Assembly: GCF_009914755.1 (NCBI RefSeq)
Contig: NC_060927.1
Strand: one strand, 5' to 3'
Length of the DNA: 64,000 nt
From: the human T2T-CHM13v2.0 reference genome, Homo sapiens
Part shown: piece by piece, positions 27,690 to 41,620 of the stretch
Layout: each line of letters starts with the position of its first letter
Position numbering within the stretch: the stretch's first letter is position 1
The notes under the pieces: model-generated
Told to the model about the DNA's origin: nothing
Databases searched by the model: none
What the model saw: the letters and a program-made list of their open reading frames with translations, nothing else
Position numbers and translations under genes: made by a program

Positions 27690-30600
27690 CTGGGAAACAA
27701 CAAAAGCAAAACAATTACCCCTAGAAAAGCTCAGACTCCCTTATCTAGGTCTTCGGCAGAGGCTCCTCTCCAAGAGTCCCTCTGCTGTCACAGCTGTGGG
27801 CCAATGACCAAATGGTCATAGGTATCATGAACACAGCATCCCACATTCTGAGATGTTCCCAACCCTTTACCCTACCTCCACTGGCAATAAAACAAACAAA
27901 AGAAAAACTCCCTTACGGATATGTATGCAATGCCTGGGTTATTTACCACTGCCTGATTAAACAGACATGAGCATAACTAACCATCTACTTAACTGGTTTC
28001 CAATAGAAATCATGGCAGGCTGAAAGTAAATCATTCAATAGCCCTAAAGAGAAACTTATTACAGGTTACTCTGAAGCTCTACAATCCATAGAGCAATTTT
28101 CACAGTCCTGCAGGAATCTAAGTGGTATTCTTTGTGGCAGATGCAAAACTGATTATGTCACTTCCTTGCTTAAACTCTTTAATGATTATCCATTGCTCTG
28201 ATGAAGGTGGTCAAAAAATTCTTAGCCTTAATAACAGTGAAGAGGAGTAGGAAAGGGCTAGATCTTGAGCTCCCATGCTTCCTCCTGCATTATTCTCTAT
28301 GCTTGGCTTCTCTACATTTCCTTATTCCTCTAACTATCAAAATTCTTCACCTGGGCACCTGACACACACTATTTCTACTGCTTACATGCTTGTACTGCCT
28401 CTTAGTCAATCAATGCCCCGACCCCTCCTTTCTTTTGTATTAGGATCATTTATTTTCCTGGTGGAAAACTGAAGATTCTTTTTAAATCAACTCTTATTTA
28501 TCCAACTTTCTTTTGGCCTTTAAGCAACAGTTAATTACTTCCTTGGGAAGCCTTCCCTTCCTCCCCTGGTCAATTTGGGACCCTATTACTGTAGCTCAGC
28601 CTGTAATTTTTTTCTTGTAATTCTCATTACAATTGCAATCATTTTTGTAATTTTTTAAAGATATATGTCTCCCTTGTGGAACTGGAACTTTCACTTACTC
28701 ACAGACCCAGCCCAGTTCCTGAGACAATGCCTGGGATCTAGTACTTATAAACATATCTTTGTTGAGTGAAAGAGTGAATAATGACTGCCTGACTTGGCAA
28801 GTAGTGGGGTGGCAGTGGGGCCATGAAGAAGGCAAAGGCCGTGATGCTGGACACAGATGTGTCCAATGCTTATTCCAAGACTAGTGGCTAGATAAAGCTC
28901 ATGAGAAAGCTAAGTCATGGGTTTCTGCTATATTTGTTTCTAGAGTTACCTTCTTAACAAGCAAACAAACATATAGACAGTAGGGCATTCGGTAGGGAAT
29001 TTCATCACTCTACCATAAGTTTCAGTGTGTTCTTGAAATTAAAGTATGGACAATTTTGACACCTTCACTTTCCAAATGTCTATTAATAAGTCTCCCAAAG
29101 TAAGGTCTCTCACTAACCAAAGCTGACAACTTTTCTAATATGATGTTTAAGGTTTTGCAAAACCACCATATGCTGGAGATAATTCAGTGTTCATCTAACT
29201 ATGACCTGGTTTCACAAATTTTGAAAAAGGAGACAAAGAATGGCAAGATGACACACAATCTCTCCCTTGGCCTTATTACAATAACTGAAATGCAATGGAA
29301 TGTGGCTGTTTCACATTCTTGGAAGGGGGCAGCAAATCGTGGCTCCCAAAAGACACCTGTGAAGAGCAAATGCTGGTCACACACACCTGGCTTCTGTATG
29401 CAGTTTCCACACTTCCATCTGGTGGTGCCACCTTTCTCAAGAGTAAGTCTCTACGTTTAATTTAGAAATTTTATCTTTACAAGAAAATAGAATTTTAAAG
29501 GGTCTTAAAAATCATGTTGGTGATACCTGTGAGCCTCAATATAAAGTTGAATTACAAGGGTGAAATGAGAATGCCTGAAACTCCAGCTCAACAAATTTGA
29601 TGCTTCACTCAATGGATGATAATAGAATATTTCGTAAAGTTGCTTTACCTGTGTTGTTAATAACAAGGTGACATTTATGGAACTAATAAACTGTAAAGTC
29701 CATTATGGCTTATTGCTGATTCTTGAACATAAGCCTTGTAATATATTCATTTATAAAAACCATTTGAGCCATTTAAATATCATTAAACCATGGCAGAATT
29801 AAAATGAGTTTTCTCCCTGTGGGCTCAGGTGCATGGGAGTACAGTTATTATTTTTGCAGGCCAGTTATTGGCTTGGAGGCTGATATATGATGGTGATGGG
29901 CTTCTGCTGCCATTGCCGGGGATAGGGGTCAGATCAAGGAGTGTGGTGACTTCCTAGGGAAGGTAACTGGAGTGAAGTATCCTTTTATTCCTCATTCCTC
30001 AGTCAGAAAAGTAGTGCGTCTTTTTACCAGATTGAAGCATGACTTAAAGTTTTCTCCTATTATCCTCACCGTTTATGTCCTAATCTGTGATTCTTACTGG
30101 AATGAGTGTGCAGGCTGAAACATTAATTGAGAGAAGTCACAGGAGTTTTCTACAGGGGTTAACTCTATCTGCATTGTTGTCTTAGTTCAAATCCCTCTTG
30201 TTTTCATCTGGATAATTTCTGGGCCCAGGAGCTGGTCTCCCAGCCCTTAGAACCTTCTTTTTCCAACAAAATTTCTTCATTGTCATTTTCCTAATCACAT
30301 CCTGTCATACTTAAAATCTTTCAGGGTTATATTTAAACTCTTAAGTATGGCAGAGAGAGGTCTTGATGTTTGGCCTTTGTCATTACTGAAATCGTAGAGG
30401 GAAGAAAGCTGTTTATGTCTAACAGCTCCCCGAAAGGAACTGTATTAGGATCATTTATGGGTAAATTGATAAGATTTTATTCAAAATGTACACCCAAACT
30501 TCCACTCCCAAACTCCCGCTGGAATGCTATTAAATTAGAAAAACAGTCCAAAGTCGGGGATGTGATGAATCACATTTGTTTCTTCCCTCCAAAGAAACTA

Positions 30601-30822
30601 AGGATTTAGTCAAATTAGTCTAGTCAAACCGGTTCTCCTCCTTTCTGGTTATTGTCTGCAGTTACTACTTTCCTGGAGTGTCTGACAGCTATATTTATTT
30701 AATCTTTACTGTATTCTTGTCTATAGAGCTAAATTAAGGGAAAGACAGCTGGACCACTGCCTGGCACATCAGTTCATAAAGCACATTAAAACATTCCTAA
30801 AATAAAGTGTAAATATGGTGCT

Positions 30823-31179
30823 TGATATGGTTTGGCTGTGTCCCCACCCAAATCTTATCTTAAATTATAATCCCATAATCCCCACATGTCGTGGGAGGGA
30901 CCTGGTGGGAGGTAATTGAATCATAGGCGCGGTTTCCCCATGCTGTTCTATGATCGTGAGCGGGTTCTCACGAGATCTGATGGTTTTATAAGCGTTTGGC
31001 ATTTTCCCTGCTGACACTCGTTTCTTGTGCCACCCTGTGAATAGACGCCTTCCGCCATGAATGTAAGTTTTCTGAGGACTCCCCAGCCATGCAGAACTGT
31101 GAGTCAATTAAACATCTTTCCTTCATAAATTACCCAGTTTCCAGTATTCTTCATAGCAGTGTGAGAACGAACTGATACA
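30823..31179 (+). mobile_element. THE1D/THE1C-like solo LTR
   Basis: TGATATGGTTTGGCTGTGTCCCCACCCAAATC...GAACTGATACA with exact 5-bp TSD GTGCT at 30818-30822 and 31180-31184. Confidence 0.93.
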
Positions 31180-31994
31180 GTGCTAGTTAATTCAGTTTCC
31201 ACATGAGACTACTAAATTAATTGGCAAAAGTAGGCAACATGTTCAAATAAAAATTGGGAAAACATTTCTCCCGGTGCTGAACTTACTCTATAGAGTTATT
31301 TCTGAAAGAATAATTGCGAATTGCATGTTGCAATTACGGGCTGCTCCAGCAGCCTTGAGACAGGCCAGCTGACAGTTGATGTTCTAAAACAGAAGTAAGG
31401 AATGGCGAAATTTTTTTTTAAATTAAAAATGAGTGATTTATTTCATTATCTAAATTTCAGTCCTTGGAATATGCCCCCAATATATGTTCTGGTTTCAAAA
31501 ACTTAATCATAAAATGGAAGTGCGAACAAGAATGGTGAAAGGTAGAAAATGATTTATCAACTCGAAATTTAGAAAATTAGATTTTGGAGATATATTTTAA
31601 ACAAAATGTAACACATTTACCCTATGAAAGTTACTGGGTTTTTTTTGTGCTTACGAGTGACTGATGCTATGGGTTATTTTTTTTTAAAAAATCCTGAAAA
31701 ATAAATAATTCAATTTAATAAACAAGTTAAAAAAAAAAGAACAGAAAATGTATATACCCTATCAATAGAGAAGTCACTTATTTTGGTGTCTACTAAATAA
31801 ATGTTAAACAACTATTTAAAGAACACCAACTTGTTGGGATACTTTCAAATTGTTTGGCTGTCTGAGATGCCCTTCTGTCTCAGCCCAGCCTGGAGATGCT
31901 GGTAGTGGTATACTCACATCACCCTTGATGAAACAGACCTATGGAGGTTTAAATCTTCAAGAAATTATTTCAAGGATAATTTTGCCAGAAGCCT

Positions 31995-31999
31995 GAGAG

Positions 32000-32036
<37 letters not shown>

Positions 32037-32040
32037 GAGA
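31995..32040. repeat. (GA)n microsatellite
   Basis: Imperfect GAGA run. Confidence 0.9.
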
Positions 32041-35000
32041 ATGAATTATATCCTGTATTCTGGATTCTTGGAGTTCAATAATATCCCATAGTCCAAAATC
32101 GTTGAAAGCTGTTCATTTTTAATTTGGTTTTTAGTTTTATAATATACATTGACAGAATACACAAAGCAGAAAAATGAGTAATAAAAGCACTAGATAGCAG
32201 AATCAGAATCCCAATAGCTTGAACTTAACAAAATTAAATATAGTACGAATAGGTAACAAGTCCTACACTTGGGCTTAAGAAGGAGAGGAAAAAAATATAC
32301 AGAATGAGGAAGGCACAACTAATTAACATACATGAAGAGGGATATAGCATTTTTATGTAATATGACTGAGTAAAATAGAAGGGAAAAATGTAAAATATGT
32401 GTATCTTATTTAATATTTTATATGATATTGTTGAGGTTATATACCTAATTGAAATTCTGATGAGGGAGGGCTGTGATTGCTTTTACCATAAAATCCATAT
32501 ACAAACCAAATTTGGGTTTCTATTTCAGGGACTCTGTGGATCCCTGAAGCCCTTTTGCGCATCCCTAAGTTTACCACAGATCTCAGATGAACACTCTGCA
32601 TTAGTTGAACAATCTCAGAATCCATACAAGCATAGGTTTGAATTTTGACTCCACAGCTACTCAAGGGATAATACTGGGCACATTACTTAAACACTATCAG
32701 TCTTAGAATCACCTTATGCAACATAGGAATCAACATACATACCTTGTAGAGTAGTGGCATGGTTAGAATGAGACTTTTGATAGAAATTCACCTATCACTT
32801 GGTAAGTACTCCCTTGATGATAGATTATCATGGAGTAGATGCTAATGTGGAAAAGATAACCAAGTACTGTGTACAACTCCAAAGAAATTGCAAGGAGCTA
32901 GAATTTTGTTTAAAATAAGATAAATCATTCCAATACTTAGAGCTACTCCCAATAGAGTGGAACTTCTCCTGTGTTTACTGAGGCTTTCCTCAATAAAGAC
33001 GGTCAACTAGAAATGGAAGGCCTGTTTGTTAGCCACAGCATAGATATAGGACACAGAGGGCTGGACTGAGTCCACAGACCCCAGCCTGGGTCTGTGCACA
33101 CATGGCAAGTGGTCATAGCATGATCAAGGGGAGGTATGGGAAGAGCAAAGCCTGAACAAACCTGTCATTGCAACAGATCTCCATCTTCAAATGGAGACTT
33201 GATACTAAGCATTGACATTTGTGAATTGTTGACCTTCTTATAATGGTAAATGACATCTTTTTTAACTTCCATTCATAGGTTTAATGCAAAGAAGTGTCAA
33301 AGAGTAATATGTTTTTAATTGAGAATGTAGAAATTATAGAAGTTATTAGAAATAGATGTGTCTTCAGAAGCCTTTTGCTTATAAGGTTTGACTCTTTTTA
33401 GCTCCAGGATTATTTTTAAATGTCTTAAACAGTCTGCTTATATAGCAGTACCAAGACATTTCCATATAAAACTTAGTTTTCTATTTTTTTTAAAGGCTGT
33501 GAACTAAAGGATTCAATGTTCACCCAAGGTCACTTACTGCACCAAAGTTTTCAGGTTCAGTAATCCTCTAGGTAAATGAGAATTTTAGAATAAGGGATGG
33601 TGGTGGGGGAGGATCTGGAAAAGGAAAGGGTATTCCGAATATATCATATCTAAGGCACTGTGCTGGAAGGATGCTGGCAAATCTGTCACGGCATCGTGAA
33701 CACATTCTTCAAATGACAAAACTGTTCCCTCTGACAAGCTCTTGGGAAGCAACACAGCACAGTATATCCTTTTGAGGCAGTCTCAGGGGGTGGGGAGAGA
33801 AGGGGGAGTTATTAGACGAGGTAAGACAAGGCATAAGACAGATGCATCTGGGTTATTGACTGTCATTGTAAAAAAAAATAGTAAAACAAGAAAATCAAGC
33901 TATTCAAGACTTCCAAGCTTGTACTTTCAAAAATGCATGAATATTGCTACTTGTGATCAAGAAAGTGATTGTGCTTGCTAATCAAATAACGTATGGGTTC
34001 TGTTTGAAAACAGTAATTAGCTGATTCTTGGAGATAGCATATCACCAGAAGTCATGCTTACTACTTGAATGGAATACCAGCTTCAAACAAGACGACTGCA
34101 TTCCCCATTCTCAGCTTAGCGGCCCGAAAGCTTATAAATTAGGCAGCTATCCAACCCTCCTGTACCCCACACCAGCACTCTAAATATTACATTTTTAATT
34201 ATAGCTGGGAGTTCTCATTCTTATGTCTTAAGGTATGTTGACAGAAGCTGCTGATCATGCATTGTCATAGCAATCCAGTAAGAAATACTGAGATTTGTTT
34301 TTTGTCCTACTTCCCATCTGCAAAGTCATGTTTAATATCTAACTGTATGCTTTTATGATTAAAAAATAAAGTTGAAATCCCTGTTCCCCACGTCTCTTAC
34401 CTCTACCAAAAAGCAGTTTCTTATCCTACTTTTCCTTACTAAAACAGATGAAATTTATTTTTCTACTAGGGAACTCATAAATGTCATTTTTAATTTCAAA
34501 AACTATACAGATAAATGCATTTTCTTGTTTATTTCTGGCACCATCGAGCGTGTGCACGAGCCTTGTTCTCTGTGGAGGATCCTATGTAAGAGCACTGTCT
34601 CTAAATTAAATAAATAAACCACTGAGCTGGGGACCTTGAAGAAACGCGGAGTAAGTGAAAGACACAGAGGCAAGTCAAGAGTCTTAGTGATATTAACATT
34701 ACTAAAAAGTATTCTTATTACTATTACAGTCATGGTAGTAGCAGCTTTTATGGAGTGCCAGCTGGATGTAGGTATATTGCTTAGTGTATATTATGCATTA
34801 TTTCATTTAATCCTCACAGCAACCACATGTGGTGGCTATTGCCCATTTTATGGACGAGGGATCTGAGGTTTAGGCATGTTAATCTATTACAGCTATGTGC
34901 TTTAGTGCAGGCAGAATTCAATCCCAGGCTTGTCCGACTTTACACCTAGCTATTACACTCCATCCTTTAACTGCTACACTATACCACCTCCTATATTAAA

Positions 35001-35229
35001 GTAATAGTCACCTTAATCCTACGGAATGGTGAAAATTAAAACAATAAGCTGGTAAAAATATGATTCCCTATTCTAGAAATAGGAAAAGACATTTTTTTCT
35101 CATATGAGCTGATGTTATTCAGGGAATATGGTCTGTGTTTTTCCAGGAGCAGTGCCTCATTCATGCTAGGCTTTGGCATGTTTTGTAGACCAAAGGGATC
35201 TTACGAGTCCGGGTCTCACCAATGCTGAT

Positions 35230-36200
35230 GCTTGAACCATGCCTGAGGTGTTCCAGCCAAACCTCTTCAGGATTCTTCCTAGGAGTGGAAACTCATCGCT
35301 TTCCAAGACCATTCATTCAATCTTTGTAATCATGTAATGGGGGTACCAGAAGCTATCTCTCCCCCAACTCCATTTTTCTGCCTGTGTGACATGCCTTGGA
35401 GAGATCCATTTTTTAAAAAAAAAGATTCATCCTCGGTAGTATAACTGAAAAGTGAAACTAGATAAAGAGGGCCTTATATCCTGCTATGGAGGTGGCCCCC
35501 TCACAATCCTCCATGGTATACCACATGGGTCATTAGTGTGTAAGGACATCAATTTGCATAAGAAGACTGGGGCCCTTTTGTAAAGAAATTGGTGAAATTG
35601 CTCAGAGCAGAAAGCTTTTGTTTAACACGGACACAGAGAGATATTATTTGGCTCCTGCTATAGAAGGAACTTTCTGTCCCTCTCTAACTTCCACATATTC
35701 ATCAATCATCATGTGCCCCTTAGTCTCCCTTTTTCTTAGCTTAAGCATCTTTCCTTCCTTCAATTATTCCTCCTAAAATAAGTTTTAACGTTCATGTCTT
35801 GCTGGCCCACTTCTCTGAAGCGCTCTTGTTGGTCTGTATTTCATTTTTAAGTTCTCTTGCACAAAATCTACTTCAGAAGCCCAGCTCTGGTGTGAGGACT
35901 ACTCTTCCCCTCTCTAGAACAGTAATGAATGATATTTTCTCTTTCTCATTTCACAAACCATGCTTATCTCCAAGTAATCCAAGAACGCATGACCATCTTG
36001 TGTAGCCACATCACTCAGATGACAGCTTTGGAGTTCATTGTCAAGTAGAGACCATGGAACTTTTTTATATACTCTAGCACTTTGATGCAGTATTTCTCCC
36101 TCATCCCGTATTTGGTAGTTGGTGTTAAAGACTCACAGTCAGAAGTCTATGCTGGAATGTATCTTATTGGAGTTCGCCTATTCCTCTGGTTTGTTTTTAT
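35230..36200 (-). mobile_element. L3/CR1 LINE relic
   Basis: CTCCCTTTTTCTTAGCTTAAGCATC..CCTTCAATTATTCCTCC..CTTCTCTGAAGCGCTC..GCACAAAATCTACTTCAG..CTCTGGTGTGAG resembles antisense CR1 RT sequence; boundaries approximate. Confidence 0.5.
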
Positions 36201-36267
36201 TCTGCCCTCTAGTACGTTCCTAACCTCTCAAAAAGAATTTCTCAATTAAGAAAATGAATCATTCTTA

Positions 36268-36775
36268 AGAAAACAAATCATTCTACCAAAAAGCCACATG
36301 CATTTGTTTGTTCATCACTGCACTATTCACAACAAAGACATATAATCAACCCAGATGCCCATCAATGGTAGACTGGATAAAGAAAATGTACATATACACC
36401 ATGGAATACTATGTAGCCATAAAAAAGAATAAAATCATGATCTTTGCAGCAACATGGATAGAGCTGGAGGCCACAGTCCTAACACAAATTAACAACAACA
36501 ACAACAAAAAAACAGATAACACAAGTTCTCACTTATAAGTAAGAGCTAAACACTGAGCACCCATGGACAATATGACAATAATAGACACTGTAAACTACTA
36601 GAGGATGGGGTGAGGGGGTAGGTTTAAAAACTGTCTATTGAGTGTTATGCTAACTACCAGGGTGATGGGATCTGAACTCCAAACCTTAGCATCACGCAAT
36701 ATTCCCATGTAACAAATATGTAAATGTATCTCCTGTATCTAAAATGTGAAATTTAAAAATAAAGCAAGTTTACAA
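36268..36775 (+). mobile_element. L1PA15/16-like 3' fragment
   Basis: TCATTCTACCAAAAAGCCACATGC..CATGGAATACTATG..AAACCTTAGCATCACGCAATATTCCCATGTAACAAA; ORF 36308-36538 is the ORF2 C-terminus. Confidence 0.85.
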
Positions 36776-37129
36776 GAAAAGAATAAGAAGGAAGAAGAAA
36801 AAGCATCTTTCAACTAAGTAGGTCAAAGACATCTTTTGTAATTCAAGTATGATATAACTGGTTAGAGTCAGGGATTCTTTTTGTGGCCACAGACATCAAA
36901 GGGACCTTACTAGCAAGATTCACACCCCCAACTCCTTTTAACAAAATGTTCAAATTTTTTAGGAGGCTGCTAAAAGAAACATGATAAATACTGATAGGCA
37001 GCAGGCCTGTATGAGATATTTAAAACACTGGAAAATTTCAATAAATATTTATTGAATGGAAAATAGTGAATCTTAAATTTCACCTTTTATATTTTCACTG
37101 CCAACATTCCTAGTTGATTCACTGAATTG

Positions 37130-38260
37130 ACTGGATGATTCATTCATTCATTCAACATAATGTTACTGAGCACTTACTGTGTGCCAGCTGTGTTAGGCAT
37201 TGGGGTCTCCAGGACAAATAAAGCAGGGGACCTGTCTCTAATGAACACTCAATCCAGTGATAAAAGTGGGGACAAAGGAGAACAGAGTCAATTCCAGAGT
37301 ACCTATGATCCAGTACACAGTACTGTGAGACCAAAAAGGGAAAAGAGCTAACTCTGCCCAGGGTTTTTGTGTTGAGGTGGGAGTCAGGAAACCCCCTGGA
37401 AAAGTTAACATTTCAGCTGAATTTGGAAGGACACAGAAGAATTAGCCAGGTGAAGAGTAGGGGACAAGGATTTTCAATTAGGGAAAGCTACAGAAATCAC
37501 AGCATGCATGGGTAAAGGCATGCCATTTAGTACAGTACAAATGAAGGTACCTGGGACAGAATATTGAAAGATGGGACAGGAGAGGCAGACAGGGAGCACG
37601 TAACAATGACCCTCAGGTATCACTGCACGGGGTTTAGATTCATCTTACAACTTAATAAGCAAAGAAAAACCTGGGAATCAAGGATATTTGCTGTGCATTT
37701 TAGCAAGATCACTCAAGTTGCAGTAAAGAAAATGTACCAGAAAGGGCAATATTGTTTAGGTGACTGCTATAGAGCATACATGGGAAATAAAGGTGTTAAC
37801 TCAGTGATTTTGAAGCTGGAAAAAGTGGGATGAATTCCAGAGATACTGAAGAAGTAATTTTGAAGAATTTTCCACAGTTACTAAAATCTATGTATTTTAG
37901 TAACTTTCTGGATGTAATAGGAGATGGAGAAGTCAAGAAAGAGACTTAGTCTTCTGGCTTAGGCAACTGGTAGAAGATAACCTCATTCATTAAGGTAGGG
38001 ACCCTGTGGGAGATTAGTGACTTGTGTTGATGAGAGACTTATAAAGAGAAGGCTTGTTTTGGACACACTGAATCAGAGGCAGTGGGACATTAGGGTGGAC
38101 ATGTCAAGAAGGCAATCAGAATCTAGAAGAAAAAAGTGGGTAGGATTTAGGAGCCATCAGGAGTCAGCAGCTGAGCCTGTAAGAGTGGATGAGATTTCTC
38201 AGGGTTCTAAATAGAATAGTAAGAAAACAGCAGAGAATAAAACCCTGAGGATTTCTACTG
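37130..38260 (-). mobile_element. L2 LINE fragment(s)
   Basis: (TTCA)n tail followed by TTACTGAGCACTTACTGTGTGCCAG; GGAGAAGTCAAG..TTCTGGCTTAGGCAACTGG. Confidence 0.7.
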
Positions 38261-38546
38261 TTAACTTATCATCTCTACATAGCTTTCTGCATAATATCAG
38301 AATAATACATTTTAGTCAAGTAATCAAAAATGCAAAAGCAAAGAAAAATTACACCAGGGATTCATTATACAATGACACGGAAGAAAAATAAGCCAAACAG
38401 GCTGATATAAATTTTGACACATGTACGCTTTGCTCTTTAAACACCTGGGAAAGTTATGTATTTTAATGAATATATATACATACATATATATATACTCTTC
38501 CATTGTTTCCGAAACATGCAACTCTTTGGGTCTATATGTTTTATGA

Positions 38547-38859
<313 letters not shown>

Positions 38860-39133
38860 TGAAACTTCTTTTAAAGACATGGATAGAGTTTTCACTTTAA
38901 ATAAAAAAATTAATGCAGGTTCACAGATGGATAGCAAGTGGCACAGCATCAAGATCAGACACACAGTTGTATGTGGTAAAGACTGGAACGCCAGGACACA
39001 AATGGTACTCAGCTTGTGGCACTTGATGTCATAGGAAAATGCAGGTCCCATTATGCAAGCTCTCTATTTTTTAAACAGAAACTCAAATTTTGGATCTACA
39101 TTTCTTTTTCAACAAATTAAAAGTCTTGTTGTT

Positions 39134-39296
39134 CGTGGGGAGGAAGAGCATCAGGCTAAATAGCTAATGCATGCAGGGCTTAATATCTGGGTGATGGGTT
39201 GGTAGATGCAGCAAACCACCACGGCACACAATTACCTATCTAACAAACCTGCACGTCCCGCACATGTGTCCCGGAACTTAAAATTAAATTAAGTTA
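39134..39296 (+). mobile_element. Very short 3' L1PA (PA11-13-like) insertion
   Basis: GGGGAGGAAGAGCATCAGG..GGGTGATGGGTTG..AACAAACCTGCAC..GAACTTAAAA; TSD AAAAGTCTT(G/A)TTGTT at 39119-39133 and 39297-39311. Confidence 0.88.
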
Positions 39297-40444
39297 AAAA
39301 GTCTTATTGTTGCCTTAGGAGCAATACCACCAATATTTCAAATTAAACATCTATGTTGGTCACCGGACTTCAAGTTTTACTTTAGGCTCTTGATATGAGG
39401 AACTTCTTAAAAATTGCTGCTCAGGGCTAAGTTTCCAATTCCAGTCAGGTAATGACACACTTCAGGCAGAAACACAATCAAAAGCATTTCATCTCCTGCT
39501 TCTGGATCAGCTGTAAGACACAGAGCATACCTGACCCTTCACCTTTTTACCAGATCCCAAAGTGATTTACCCTACCTGTGGCAGCCAGGATAAGCACATG
39601 TATTAAATGGCTTACAAAGACAAGCATCTGCTGAGAGTTTGTCATTGTGATTAATTAGAGCCAAGTGGAGGAGGGAACCTTCTTGTGTACCCTCCACTGT
39701 GAAGTGATTTTTTGAGAGAGTATCTTATCACAATTAAATTCCAATCTCACACTTTGCTAATTTTTTTCACTGCAAACACGACAGCATTCATAATGCCAAA
39801 GCAGTGTACGGGAACTGACATTCTGTTTACTGTGTGACTGCACATTAAATTCCCACATGAAAAGCAGTCAGCACAGAATATACATGGCTTGGGGAAACTT
39901 ACATTGGCTCACTAGAGATTAAGCATGTAACTTTAAAATGGATTTTCCTTCAGGAATGCCTTTCTGTCCAAGTTTAGAAATAATTCAAGTGGTTCCCTAC
40001 CATTTCTTGTTAGAGTCATCTTGTATCTGTGTTTGAAGGTCATCTAGCTTTCTATTGAAAAGCTGGGAATTATTAGAGAACTGTTAGGGAATTAATTTAC
40101 TGTAGATGGCTAGTTGGAAAAGAAACAAGGATTAAGTGCCAACTGCAAAAAATTCCCCCCAAACAAATAAAAAAAACCAAAGGAACCCAAAGCATAATGC
40201 TGGCACTTAGGAAGCTTGCTGCCTGGGTGCACTGGCAAAATATTTGCCCATATACCAACCTGAGAATACTTTCAAAAGAACACATCACAATTTGTTGATT
40301 TCTAACAGATGCAAGCAGTGTTGTAAAATGGAATGTGCCTGCCTGACACAAATTTGAGCCAATTTTGAAATGGCAAAAATCTTCCAACAATGACTTGAAT
40401 ACTGTGCCTTCAACTTCCTATTGGTATGCACATTTTTTAGAGCT

Positions 40445-40640
40445 ACCATTTGAATATTTTATTAAATGCCTGGGATGATTCTAAGTGTTCTGCATGCATG
40501 AATCTCCAGATCTAGGAGGTAAATTACTGTTATCCTCATCTTACTGGATGAGAAATTTGAAGTTAAAGAAACTTGCTCAGAAGCACACAGCCAGAGAGTT
40601 GGGATTTGTACCTGGTTCTGCCTGAATCCAAAGCCAGTTG
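40445..40640 (-). mobile_element. MIR SINE
   Basis: TTATCCTCATCTTACTGGATGAGAAA..AACTTGCTCAG..GGGATTTGTACCTGG..CTGAATCCAAAGCC. Confidence 0.6.
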
Positions 40641-41214
40641 TTACAATGCTACCAGTTCGGCGCTTAGAACCTTGCTTGGCACGAAGCAGGCACCCAATAA
40701 GTATCTGATGAGTGAATATTTCTGTGGATATTCATCAGCAGCCACAAAGCTTTTTCACGCTTCTCCTAAAAATGCCTCTGTGATCTAAATATTTGAATCA
40801 ACACAATATTTGATAAAATATATGATGCTCTCCATTAAGTATAACATTTCAGTTAATGAACTTAGTATTTCTTAGCTACATTTTAAACAACTGTACTTGA
40901 AATGCCTTAACAACTTTTATCATGCCTTCTAAAAACAAGTATTCCTACCTTATATTCAGGAAATAATTATCTGATGTTTGACAAAGGAACATGTAAAACA
41001 TGAGAATTTAGCAGGTTTTTGGGCTTTGGCCAACTCATCACCTGTCGCTGGATATCAATTTCTGAGCCTGTCCAAGGGGCGGAACTTCCAGGGCTGAAAT
41101 TTTATGGTTCTGTGATTTGGAAACATGAAGTAGTTTGAGATCAGAAAGTCAGCAAAGAAGTCGTTGTGGGTTATTAGTCTTAATACAACACGGTGGCATT
41201 GGAGTGTGGGTGGG

Positions 41215-41620
41215 TGGTATAGTTTGTGTAACTGTCCCCTCCAGCTGTGATATTGAAATGCAATCCCCACTGTTGGAGGTGGGGCCTGGTAGGAGACATT
41301 TAGATCATGGGGGTAGATCCCTCGTGAATAGCTTAGCACCATCTCTTTGGTGATCAGTGAGTTCATGTAAGATCTGGTTGTTTAAAAATATGTGGCACCT
41401 CTCCACTCTCTCTCTTCCTCCTGTCCTCGCCATGTGAGACGCCTGCTCTGTCTTTAACTTCTGGTGTGACTGTAAGCTTCCTGAGGGCTTCACCAGAAGC
41501 AGATGACGACATCAGGCTTCCTCTATAACTGGAAGAACCACAGCCAATTAAGCTTGTTTTCTTTATAAATTATCCAGCCTCCATTATTTCTTTATAGCAA
41601 CACAAAAGTGGTCTAATACA
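41215..41620 (+). mobile_element. MSTB-like solo LTR (ERVL-MaLR)
   Basis: TGGTATAGTTTG..TGTTGGAGGTGGGGCCTGGT..GCCATGTGAGACGCCTGCTC..TTTATAGCAACACAAAA..CTAATACA. Confidence 0.88.
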
